This document shows, in pieces, positions 38,343-59,068 of a stretch of DNA of 64,000 nucleotides. The DNA comes from Paraspadella gotoi. Lineage: Eukaryota; Animalia; Chaetognatha. The notes below the pieces were generated by a model, which had not been told where the DNA came from, did no database searches, and saw only the letters and a program-made list of their open reading frames with translations. The translations under genes and the position numbers were made by a program. The DNA is taken from the NCBI GenBank assembly GCA_051294375.1, contig CM119268.1, forward strand, positions 22,757,427-22,821,426, given 5' to 3'. How positions within the stretch are numbered: the stretch's first letter is position 1; each line of letters starts with the position of its first letter.

Positions 38343-39647
38343 ATGTGGACCTTCAAAGTCATTCGATCTCTCTCTCAAACGAACAGCGCGTTCGGCGTCG
38401 CCTGCAGATCCTCCAAAACTCGACGAGCGATTCGAAGCTCCGCCGCCTACGCGACGTCGCCGGTGATGTCGCCGCAAACCGGCCTCGACGACGCCGACGT
38501 CAAACCCTCTCATCTCTACAACTTCACCGAGGAAGAAATGATGATGCGAGACGCCGTGAAGAAAATGGCCGAAGAGAAGATCAAACCTCTCGTCCCAAAA
38601 ATGGATCGAGAAGGAAAGATGGATCCCGAGGTGTTAAAGGCCCTCTTCGAAAACGGGACGATGGGCATCGAGATATCGCCGGATTTCGGCGGCTGCGGCT
38701 CATCCTTCATGGCGTCCGTGTTGGTGATCGAGGAAATCGCTCGAGTCGATCCCGCCATCGCAGTTTTGGTCGACATTCAAAACACATTGATCAACACCCT
38801 CTTTCGTAAGATCGGTTCTCCCATGCTGCAGGAGAAGTACCTGCCGCGGCTGGCGACCGACTTGGCCGGCAGCTTCTGTTTGTCCGAGTCTTCGTCCGGC
38901 AGCGACGCCTTCGCGCTGAAGACGACGGCGCGAAAATCCGGCTCCGATTTCGTCCTCAACGGATCTAAACTGTGGATCTCCAACGCCGACGTCGCCGGCG
39001 TCTTTCTCGTCATGGCCAACGCGGCGCCGGAGTCGGGATATCGAGGCATCACTTGCTTCGTCGTCGATCGAGATTCCCCTGGACTCACCGTGGAAAAGAA
39101 AGAGGACAAACTTGGCATTCGAGCCTCGGGCACATGCCCGCTAACTTTCGAGAACGTCGTCGTGCCCGCGGATCACATCCTCGGTGAATTCGGGCAAGGA
39201 TACAAGTACGCGATCGGGATGCTCAACGAGGGACGCATCGGAATCGCCGCGCAGATGATCGGACTGTCGCAGGGATGCATGGATGCTACCTTGCCCTACT
39301 TGAAGGAAAGGTTTCAATTCGGACGACCCATTTGGGAATTTCAGGCCGTCAAACATCAAGTGGCACACATGGCGACGCAGCTCGAGGCCGCTCGCCTCAT
39401 GGTCTACAACTCGGCGCGACTTTGCGAGGCGGGTAGGGAAGTGGTGAAGGAAGGAGCGATGGCCAAGTACTTCACGTCGGAATTGGCGGGACAGATCACT
39501 TCCAAGTGCATCGATCTCATGGGCGGAGTCGGATTCACCAAAGACTATCCCATGGAAAAGTTTTATCGTGACTCGAAGATCGGTACGATTTACGAAGGGA
39601 CGTCGAACATTCAATTGAATACGATCGCCAAATGCATGGAGTTCTGA
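38343..39647 (+). CDS. ACADSB: Short/branched-chain acyl-CoA dehydrogenase, mitochondrial, intronless
   Basis: Presequence, then [52 protein letters not shown] and [26 protein letters not shown]. Confidence 0.95.
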   Translation: MWTFKVIRSLSQTNSAFGVACRSSKTRRAIRSSAAYATSPVMSPQTGLDDADVKPSHLYNFTEEEMMMRDAVKKMAEEKIKPLVPKMDREGKMDPEVLKALFENGTMGIEISPDFGGCGSSFMASVLVIEEIARVDPAIAVLVDIQNTLINTLFRKIGSPMLQEKYLPRLATDLAGSFCLSESSSGSDAFALKTTARKSGSDFVLNGSKLWISNADVAGVFLVMANAAPESGYRGITCFVVDRDSPGLTVEKKEDKLGIRASGTCPLTFENVVVPADHILGEFGQGYKYAIGMLNEGRIGIAAQMIGLSQGCMDATLPYLKERFQFGRPIWEFQAVKHQVAHMATQLEAARLMVYNSARLCEAGREVVKEGAMAKYFTSELAGQITSKCIDLMGGVGFTKDYPMEKFYRDSKIGTIYEGTSNIQLNTIAKCMEF

Positions 39648-40285
39648 GCTGTGATATATGTTGGTTTTACTTCAGGGCCGTGCATCGATTCATTTGTTGC
39701 TCTTTATTTATATACGCGCGCGTTTTTTGTCAATGTTGGAAAATATTAAACTTCACTTAGAATTACTTTTATTCCAGTCAATGTCCAGTTTTACATTTAA
39801 TTGATTGATGTCAACTCGTTTGCTTTTGACGAAAATATATCATTGTTTTTCAAATTTTTGTTTCAATAGCTAAAAACCAAGTCAGTTTGCAAACATTACT
39901 AGTTATCAAAGACGTTTATGGCAACAGATTTAAAGCCAAGCGAATCTCCTTGGGTTTAATTTTGTTTAATTTATAATTTAAATTTTTTTCTTAATTTTCT
40001 GTTATTCTCTTGACCCGAACGCAGAAGCGCGATTCCACGTCGCGACATTTCTTCTTACTTTTGACAATGAAAAAACTCACGAGACTTTAATGTGAACCCT
40101 CGCAAAGGTTCCGAGACTCTTAAGTCAAAAGGCTCGTGCCCTCCTCAGCCTCAACATGGCCGCCTCTCGCTGCGACGAGCTCATCCGTCCTCAGCTCGTT
40201 TCTCCCTCGTGACGAACGCCCCCCGTTACGGAGGGTGCAGCTGCTGCTGAGTCGACTGCTGCGGATTGCAGAGGCGACTGCGACG

Positions 40286-40398
40286 ATGGCGATCGTTTGC
40301 CGCAAGACCTTCATCGCGCCTTCCATTCTAGCCGCTCTTCTTTGCCTCTGGGCTCACGACTTCTGGTCCATGGATTTCTCGCCCGAGCTTGTTAGAGG

Positions 40399-40459
<61 letters not shown>

Positions 40460-43407
40460 GTTTTCCCTTCCCATGTTTCGAATCATGTGCATGTTAAGAA
40501 TGTCCTCCAACCCGTTTTATTTTCTCGACGTCACTAGGGAAACGAGTCATCGTGACGGGAGCCTCGAGGGGAATCGGCCGTCACGTCGCCCTTCATTACG
40601 CCAGGTCGAGAGAGAGAGAGAGACTAAAATGATTCATATTTGAATCACCCTATCCATGATTCTCCCCCCCCTCCCTTTTATAGCCTTGGCGCCAAACTTC
40701 TTCTCGTCTCTCGCGACGAGACGCACCTGGCGGCGGTGAAGCGAGAATGCGCGAAGACGGCGAAGAAGGGTAGACCGGCGGAGGTTTATTACCTGGTCGC
40801 CGATCAGGTGAGAGAGAGAGAGACAGAGCGAGAGAGTCTGGGAAATTTATAGAATAAAACTATGTATACTTCTATTTGACTTTTGAAATCAACAACGCCG
40901 CTCCAACTTTAAAATCCAATGAAATCGTCAAATAATCCTCGACTCTTTTACTTTTCCTTCTTTTACTTTTCCTTCTTTTACTTTTCCTTCTTCCCCCAAA
41001 AGTAAGAGAAGATAACGTTCTTGATTCCCATCAAAAAGTAAAACGCAAAAACGATGAGGAACAATTTCCAGGAAAATTTGGATTCCTTCTTCTTCGGCGC
41101 CAGTTTCTCCTTTTCTGTAGAGAATTGAGATGGTCAAACGAGCAATATCATTAATAATCTCTCAATAGATTAATTCTTATTTCATTAATAATCTCTCAAT
41201 ATTTAATTATTTATATTTCACCTCTCATTTCCTGGATGATCTTATCGAGGCTCGAGCCGGATCGCTTCCCTCCTTCCGGCTCCTCCCGCGGCATTTCTGG
41301 GATTTCCTTCTTCCCTTCCACTTTGTCCCAGTATTTGAAGAATTGCCGGCGTCGTTCGCACTCGGCCTGGCTTATTTTTCCTGTCGAGGGTCCGAAGAGG
41401 GTATGGAAGATTTTTTTTAAGGGGACAGTGAATTGATTTGTTCAAGGATCCTAGGAACGGAAGAGAGTTCCCTATTGTAGGCTGTAGATTGTAGAATTCT
41501 TGCTGAGAGAGCAGAAAGAATGGGATCTCATTTGCCGACGGTGAAATGGTTTGTGGAAAATACAGAAGAACCTTGCAAGAGCTGAAGACATTGCATCAAC
41601 TCGTTCTCTTCCATCCACGGTTCATCGTTGGGTCGCTGAAGCTTGGCCGATGGCTTCTTGCCCTTCGTCGCTAAAAACGGCCATAATTTAGTAATGACAT
41701 TTAGTAATAATAATTTAAAAGAAAAGGTAAACATTTTATTACTGTTATTATTACTCGGTCGGTCTTTTCCCCACAATCGGTCGGTGAAATCTTCGAAATT
41801 CTTCCTCGTTTCATTTTCTTTTTCTGTCGTATCTTGATTTTCCGCCGAAGAGGATTCGTCGGAGAACGGTTGAGAAAAAGACGTTTCCATGGTAATACGG
41901 ACGGAAAAGCGTAACGGGTCACCGAAGGATGCAATTTTATTGTTGAGTTTTTAACTCTTAATGACGATTTTACGTGGAATCTATACGTATTGGACGATTA
42001 CATGCCCTTTCCTTAACTTTTTTGTTCAAAGAAAAAATGTATAATATAAATAAAGCAAAGATTCGCTGAGAATCATCCCATTCTTTCCCTCTTTTCCTCC
42101 CTCGACAGGGTTCTCCCGAAGCCGCGGAACGGGTCGTCGCCGAAGCCGTCGCCATCTTCGGCGGAGTTGACACTCTTTTCCTCAATCACGCGGTCAGTAA
42201 CCACTTTCTCCGCCACGCCCATCCCCGTGGATGTTGTTTATCTCGCTCCTCTTTTTAAACCTTTCGGGTCCAGATTTCGACTCTGGGATTCTGGGAAGGA
42301 TCCTCGTCCAACGTGTCTTCAGCGACGGAGGCCGTCGACGTTAATTATCTCAGTTACATCCGCCTTTTCGCCGCCGCCCGCCCGCATCTTGAGAAAGTCA
42401 AAGGTTTTATTGCCCACTTTTTTTGTCAAACCTTACTTTCCCATAAAACCTCTTGACTTCCCCAAAAGGCAACGTGGTGGTGGTCTCCACTGCTGCTGCC
42501 CGGTGGCCTCTTCCGACCGTCGCACACTACGGAGCCTCCAAATTGGCCGTCGACGGATTTTTCCGCAGCCTCGACCTCGAATTCCGTCTCAGAGGAATTC
42601 ACGTCGGCGTCACCGTCTGCGTCCTCGGCGCGGTAAAGACGGAAAGGTAAGTTAGTGTTGATAAAGGTGAGGACTGAGGAGGTAGTACAAGATACAATTT
42701 GAACAGTCCTTGATAGGGAAGTCATATACTCTGCGAGTGAGTAAAATAGATTGTGTGAGAGTCTTGATTGAAAGCTTGCACGGTCTTGCTATAGAAGAGA
42801 CAGTATTTATTGTTGTGTTAGTGACAGAACCGTTCAATATAAGCAGTCCCTGAGCTTCGGATCAGGATGTAACACCGTGTTACAGGCGGGTTAAGCGCCC
42901 CGTCCCTCTTAACTGCTAGGCGACCACCGGGCTAGAGCCCCGGACCTTTGGGTTAGGATGCGAATGACTTGCCTCCGCTGATGAACGGTTGGTGGATTTT
43001 AGTCCACCATACTATGTTAGTATCTTGTAAGAATGATGGAAGCCTTAACCCACAATAGCCTGTCTAAAGTTAAGGGCAAGAAAGCTTAGTCATGGAATGG
43101 ATAATTTTAGTATTGCTTTTAACAATTTCACAATAAAATTAATTCAACAATAACCATACCTCCCAGATTCACCAAAAACCTGTTGGCTTTCAATCCTCGC
43201 GCGGCGGACAGCCTCGGATTCCGTCTGGCCGCGCACCCGAGCGAGACGGCCGACTTCATGATCAAAGCGGCGGCGCTGAGGAAACGCGAAGTCCGCTACC
43301 CATTTACTCAGATGATCTTGGGAGATCTCGTCGGCTGGATGCCGGAGCCAGTCAGGCTCGCCATACTCAAACGATCCGTGCCAGGGATCTACGGCATGGG
43401 CTTATGA
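40286..43407 (+). CDS. Short-chain dehydrogenase/reductase, 11-beta-hydroxysteroid dehydrogenase 1-like
   Basis: N-terminal hydrophobic anchor, KRVIVTGASRGIG, GGVDTLFLNHA, catalytic YGASK.AVDGFFRSL and VTVCVLGAVKTE. Confidence 0.88.
40978..41890 (-). CDS. Nested orphan gene, 176 aa, C-terminal transmembrane (tail-anchored) protein
   Basis: Four GT-AG exons (41890-41755, 41670-41572, 41380-41222, 41114-40978), all phase 1, join into one open frame ending ...SKFSWKLFLIVFAFYFLMGIKNVIFSYFWGKKEK*. Confidence 0.75.
42793..43011 (-). mobile_element. Structured SINE/retrozyme-like insertion E2 (tRNA-like head plus twister)
   Basis: Minus strand CAGCGGA...TAACCCAAAGGTCCGGGGCTCTAGCCCGG resembles the anticodon/T-arm region of an initiator tRNA. 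CTAT is duplicated at both ends. Enclosing stem AACCGTTCA/TGAACGGTT. Confidence 0.7.
42842..42917 (-). ncRNA. Twister ribozyme, type-P5 permutation (P2 one nucleotide short)
   Basis: Minus strand: AGCAGUU aa GAGG GA CGG ggcgcu UAA CCC GC c UGUAACA cgg UGUUACA u CCUGA U CCG AA GC UCAGG GACUGCU. Confidence 0.82.
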
Positions 43408-44277
43408 TAAAAAAAAGGGAGAAGGGGATAATTTGTAGCTTTGCTATCAAGCTTGAGAAAAAAGATATCATATTTTATATCATTTTAAAACAAATTTTTG
43501 TTTAGTTTAGAACATTTTCGGTCAACGCGCGATTAATGTTGTTTGTTTGTAACTTTGTCCCTGTGACTTGGTCCCACGATTGCTCAACGCTCAATTCCCA
43601 CCGTTACGATATTTAGTGCAAAATTTATTAATAATGATTGATTCCTACAATGATGTTGATTACTTCAAATTGATTAAATGTCAAGAACTCTGGTGTCTCT
43701 TTTGACGATTCGCGAAATGAGTAAACTCTGAATCCATCGTGTGGTGCAAAATACATTCATGAATGTCAATTAATTTAATTAAGCCAATTTACGTATATAA
43801 AAGTCCAAAAAATTCTGCCAAAAATTCTTTTTCTCCGGAATTAACACGATCTCTTTTTTTTGTTTGCTTCGAAAAATTGACGTTTAATTACAAAGTGGAT
43901 TATTATATTATACTTTTTTTTTTTCAGAAAAAAAATTGAAAACTTTTTAAGCTTCGATCTCCTGATGGAGAATGGACCCTAAACGTAACTCGTTTTCGCC
44001 GTAGTCATCAGAATATTTTTCCACCCGAGTGGATTTGCAAAATTACTTTACACTCGAGTCATCCAGAAAATCTCTGTTTTTCTCGCGTCACCGATCAGGA
44101 AAAGAAAATCTCTTTAAAATTTACTAATCGGGGAGAAATCGTCGCTCCCCGATGATAACAAAAAATAAAAAAAAAAGAACGCGACCGACCGACCGACTCG
44201 GCTCCCCGTTTTCTTCTTTTGCTTTCGTTTTCATTTTCCTCTGAATTGATAGAAAGACAAAAGGAAACAAAAACAAA

Positions 44278-46286
44278 ATGGCTTCGATCGTCTCAGTCAT
44301 CATCAGCAATCGAGGCAGCGGTCGAGTGTTGGACTTACCCGGATGCGACACGACGCCGCTCACTCAGATCTCTCTCTGGGAAAGGTAAGGAATGGGGTGA
44401 GGATCGAAACGTCGCTTATGAGTTTCATGCGACGAGATCGTCATTCTATTTTTAGACACGACGGGGAGAGTCAACACTGGATATTTCGTCAAGACGGAAC
44501 CATCGCCAGCGGACTCGAGTCTAACCTCGTCATCGACGTCTTGGACGCCAGAATGGTAACAATCAATTATCGCGCTTCGAGTTACCCTCGATCGCCATGA
44601 CCATTTGCGTTTCCTTTCCATCGCAGGAGGACAAAACCCCCATCGTCATCGCCCCTCACCACGGTGGGGATCAGCAGCGGTGGAACTTTCGTTACGGCTT
44701 CATGGAATGCATGAAGGTGAGTCCGGCGGATTCAGCGTCTCACAATTTCGATGACTTCTCTCTCTCTCACTCTTTCTCTCCCCCCCCCACTCCCCCCAGG
44801 ATCAAAATTTCGTCCTGAGCGAGAGCGACGGTAAACTCGTCCTCGAACGGAAATCGGTCAACTTCACTTACCAAAAGTGGGAATGTCTTCGATCTTCCAT
44901 CTCCATCGAGAAAGCCATCGCCAAGCCAGCCACCACTTGTCACCTTAGGTAAGGTTCTCTGAATTCTCTGAATTCCAAAAAGGCCCTAATGAGTCTTTTT
45001 CCAATTTGGGGTCTTTTGCCCAAATGTCCAAACTTTTATATAGTTAAGTTAAAGTAGGTAAATGTAATTAAGGGTATAGAAATGTTTTTTAAGTACATTT
45101 TTTTCATTACACTTCACCAGATACCCCCTTCCCGATCATATCGAGACATGTCGCGTCTGGGTCCTCAAAAACTCGATCAGAGTCAAGCGGACGACCAACT
45201 GCACTTACAACTGCGTCGTGGGTTGGGGACCCGGAGGAACGAGCGGCCTGCAGCAGGTAGAGAGAGAGAGAGAGATACAAAGAGAGAGTGTGTGTATTTT
45301 TCATCGCCGGACTTTTCTCGGTAACAGCTGGACAACTCAAAACGCGTTGCCGTCTTCTCAATGTGGAATCACGGGAACGTGAACGTGGAACTCGTTCACA
45401 CGGGACCCGGCGTGAGGGTGGAGAAGTTCCGGTCGGAAGGGACCGGGTTCAAGTCCATTAGAGACGTTCACTGGAGAGAGGAGGAGGTCATCACATTTTG
45501 GGTCAAAGGTCGGGAAACGGGAAGTTCTTCTTCTTTGGTTTATCATTCATTAGCAATAAAACAAAAATAATAGAAAAAAAAGAGCAATGATCGTGGATGT
45601 AAATTTGTCATTTCGCGATTGTAATCGATTGTAATCGATTGTAATCGATTGTAATCGATTTTAAATGATTGTAATCAATGGCGCAGGAGAACTGTTGGAC
45701 GACAACGAACATTGGCAAATTTACTGTACGGTTGAGACAGAGAGCGAGTGCTTCAATATGGCCACATTCCGACGAAAGGGTAAAAAATTCAGATAATATT
45801 ACTAATAATTAATTAATTATAATAATGAAAATGATAATAATAAAGTAATTCGTATTTATATTTTCATTCTTCGCTTGCTGTCGTTTAAGGCGCCCGGCCT
45901 CTGGAAAAAGACGGTTTCCATTCCTTCATCGAAGACTGGAACCGTTCCACCGGAGCAGCCGGCCACACCGTCTTCAGAGAGGCGGAGTTTTTCAACACCG
46001 ACGCCCAGATCGACATGGTGTCCACCGGTTAGTTCATTTTTTCCGGGGGGGAGGGGAATGCGCGCTTGATGTTTGGGGAAGTTCTTTACTATAGCCTTCC
46101 CCTTTTCTAGGTCTGATCAAAGAGGCTCGGTTCACCAAAGTCCGAACGGGCAAAGACACATTCGCGCAGGACAAAGCCGTTGCGGGGACGCGTCCGTCCA
46201 ATTACGGCGATGTCTTCTTTCTCCAAACTGGCGGGACCGACCCTCTTCCGGACAAAGTCGAAAACGGGTCCGTTTTCAGAATTTGA
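44278..46286 (+). CDS. Ricin-B lectin domain fused to a DUF3472-like domain (about 9 exons)
   Basis: QxW repeats (RVLDL...SQHW, VIDV...QQRW, YQKW), followed by GGTSGLQQ..KRVAVFSMW, FRSEGTG, FHSFIEDW and FREAEFFN, which resemble DUF3472 as I recall it. Confidence 0.75.
45617..45678 (+). repeat. 10-bp tandem repeat (GATTGTAATC)n
   Basis: About 6 copies, directly visible. Confidence 0.9.
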
Positions 46287-47746
46287 ACGCGCTCAAACGG
46301 AAACGAAATAATAATTTCATGTTTTCGAGACATGATTAAACAGAACAAACGTATACATTGATCCCGTTTTTTGGAATGCGACATCTTCAGAAACAAAGCA
46401 ACAATTTTCCAACGACGGGATCGCGAATTTGTCTTGACCGCCAAACTTTGGCGAAGCAAATTTTTGAGTCTCTCTCTCTAGGATTCGTCAGGTTTATTCT
46501 CAAGCATTATAGAACTCTGCCGTTCTAGGCTCACCCTCCCCCCCTTTCGATTTCCCACATCCCGAATCCCGCCCTCCACCCCCTTCCCTTCCCCCTTCCC
46601 CACACCTTCTCCCTTCCCCACACCTTCCCCTTTTCCCACACCTCCCCTTTCGTCCCATCGTGAATTTTCCATCTTGAGGACAACTTTTGTCCAGTTGAAG
46701 CACAATCCATAACGTTTTACTTTTTATTCTATTTTCGTCGCCGCAACAGTGTAAACAGTTTTTATTCAAACTTAAAAAAAAGTCGTTTGCGTCATTCGGT
46801 GTCTACGTATACAAGAATTTATTTAATACAAAAACAAATTCATTTGTCCGATCGTCTCTTCCCCAGTCAAGTACCCAATGAAATTACTCGCGAAAGATTT
46901 TGACATAAATTTTGAGATTTTTGTTTTGTTTTGTTTTTTGTTGCGATTATTACGAAGTCTTACATTCGACTGTCTTTTAATATTTGAACTCGGCTTTTGG
47001 TTAGAGACTCTCATCTCAAATTTAACAAGTAATATTTTATTCAACGTAATTTAAGGTCGAGTAGTATCTATTTTCATTTCATTACATTTTCTTTTCCGCG
47101 TCTTATCCACGAGAGTCCAAATTTAAAAATCGATTATGCAGTTGAAAACTTTACATGTTATATGCATAAATGAGTCTTATATTAATTACCAAAGGGATTA
47201 TCGACGAAGCTCCCGAAGCTTTCTTCAAAACTCTTGTCGACAATTGTTGTGGTCGCAATCGAACTCTCAGCACAGATTTCAATTTTAATCGTTTGGGATT
47301 CAAAAACCAAATCTATTCTCCAACATTTTTTGTGCGTTTTTAATTAAAGGCTGTCCCCCTCTTAAAACAAACAAACAAACATCATAATACCCGTTTCCTA
47401 ACCATCGCGCTTAGATATGTGTGTCTTTTTTTTAACGAATGTATCTTTTTTTTATTTTCTAGTTTCTAGTTTACAATTACGATGCGCTTTTTACGAAAGT
47501 ATTCCATTTATTTCGAATTTTAGTTCAGGGTTTTTTTTTATGCTTCAGAATTTTTTAAAAAATTTTTGCATGGCCCTCTTTTTTTCGTAGGTTTTTAGCC
47601 CGGCGTTTTTTTTAAAAGAAGCTCCCGGGATCGACCCCCCCCCCAATTTCTTTCTCGTTTAGTATAATTTAATCGTTTGTTTTTCTTTCAGAACAAAAAA
47701 CAAACAACCGACCAAAAAAAATACAAAAATATAAGAAGAAGAAAAA

Positions 47747-48510
47747 ATGGTGGACGCCAACACGAAGAAGACTCTATCTAGTTTACCTCTGCTCAAAACG
47801 CGCGCGGGTCCCAGGTTCTTCAATTGGCTTCGTTTATTTATCATCAAATTTATTTTAAAATAAAAACTGTTTTTTTTGTTTTAAATTAAGGGACGGAGCG
47901 GCTTGGGTTGAGCGACTGAAGGAAGAGTTTCAAGCTCTGATTAAATACGTGACGGTGAACAAAGAAGCCGACAACGACTGGTTTCGTCTCGAATCCAATA
48001 AGGAAGGGACGAGGTGGTTCGGAAAATGTTGGCACGTCGAGAACCTTTTAAAGTACGAGTTCGAGATCGAGTTCGACATTCCAGGTGAGGGACGGAAATG
48101 TTTTATCAAATTGAATGAAAATTAAATGCTGTTACAATAATGTAAAAAAAAAAAACCAACTATTCTTTGGACAGTAACGTACCCTGCGACCGCGCCTGAA
48201 ATTGCTCTCCCTAGTTTGGACGGGAAAACGGCGAAGATGTACCGAGGCGGGAAGATTTGCTTGACGGATCACTTTAAGGTGAGCGCGACTCTCTCTCTTT
48301 CTGTCAATCAATCTCTCTCGCTCTCTCTTTCGCATAACCAAACCTCTCTCCCCCCCCCCGTTACCAGCCCCTCTGGTCCCGCAACTGCCCCAAGTTCGGG
48401 ATCGCCCACGCGATGGCGCTCGGATTGGCGCCCTGGTTGGCGGTGGAGATCCCCGACATGATCCAACGCGGCGTCGTGGTTCATCAAGACGATCGCCAGA
48501 AGGAGACTGA
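47747..48510 (+). CDS. UFC1: Ubiquitin-fold modifier-conjugating enzyme 1 (4 exons)
   Basis: [11 protein letters not shown]|[52 protein letters not shown]|PLW and [17 protein letters not shown]. Confidence 0.97.
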
Positions 48511-48954
48511 GAACTGAAGATGGCGCCGCGTTTAGACTTAATTTAATTTGTCAACTCTTAGCCTAGTCATCATTTTCCAGAAACTCCTTCGACCCTCATT
48601 CGACTTCAAGAAGAACCCAAAAAACAATTACTATTCGTTAAAACATTTTAATGTTTTTGTAAAAAAATATTTTTTTTACAGAATTCTCGAATTCGCTTCG
48701 AGCTTTTTTTTCGTTTTTTTTTACACTTTTTTCTTAACCAAAAAAAAACAAAAAAACTTTCTTTTACGCACTAAACGCTAAAAAGGATGGAACCGCCGGT
48801 CGCTGCTCGCCCTTACCTCACTCAGCTTTTATGATTCACTTACGTCTTTTTCTACTTTTCTACGATCGAAAATCACGCGCTGGGGAAATATTCTCACCGG
48901 GGGAATTGAAAAGAAAAAGAGCTTCACTTAAAAATATCAAATTTTGGATCGGCG

Positions 48955-58021
<9,067 letters not shown>

Positions 58022-59068
58022 AGACGCGCTTGGGGGGCGGTCCAGATCGTCTTTTCGCGACTATGGGAAGAATTACCAATTTAAAAAAACTAGTCAATCG
58101 CCGTGTTATATTGGAAAACAGAAAAATTATTGAAAGATGTTTTTTGTTTTGTATAATTCAGTTGCGAAGTTTCTTTACATATTGACGTCAGTTTTTCATT
58201 CCATCAGTTTTTTGTTTTGTTTTTTGTTTTCAAAAAGTCGCTTTTCCCGAGGAGCGGAATAGAAGTGAACTTTTTTCTAATTTCAAGTTTAACCACAGTC
58301 ATAAATTGGGGAAAAATAAGATAAAATGGAAGAAGATCATTTTTGGGGGGTTTTTACAAAAATATTCTGTAGGAAAAGCGACTAATCATTTTAATTTTCT
58401 TTTACTACGTTCAAATTTATAAATCAAAGTTCTAATTGTTGGGTCTGGTTTTAGATATATAATTTACGAACTGGCGGATTTTTGCACTTCACCCAGATGA
58501 TTGCGAATCTTCGCTAATTATCTCAGATTTTTGCATTTTTCTCGGAAAAGAAAATACAAAGGAATTAATGAATAAATCGTGCCTCTTTTCATTTTAGGTC
58601 TTCTTTTTTACAGTAAAACACTTTTTTTCTTAAAAACATTATTAAATTTTCGTCCATTTTCTTTGAGCCAATGAATACCACAACTTTAGTTTAAGGTATC
58701 GATGTTGTATCAGTGATCAGAATTAGAAAGACTCGCAGCTTGAAGACTGACTACGCCACCATTCTCAAGATCATTGATTCAAGACGACCGCACCGTCTCG
58801 TCCTCGGCTATGGACTTTCTTATTTTTTTATATTTTCTATTATCGGATGGACGAAACATCTTTTTGCGAGTATTTGGACAAAGCTTGTTTTTGTAGTTTT
58901 TAAGCCAATCAATCATTAGTTTTTCTAATAATAAGAATAATTGTAATGTTGCGGGTTTTTCCGGAAAAAGAAATTGTTTTCAGTCGAGCTCAAGTTAAGG
59001 AAACAGTTAACCACCGATCAAAACCAGAACTCGTGACGAAAATGTCCTGACTTAAAAATCACGTGAAG

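Larger units (their letters stand above)
42690..43140 (+). mobile_element. Dispersed repeat family A copy, interrupted by insertion E2
   Basis: 42690-42792 and 43012-43140 align colinearly with 56540-56790. The empty site reads GCTATGTCATTATCTTGTAAG in the other copies. Confidence 0.85.
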
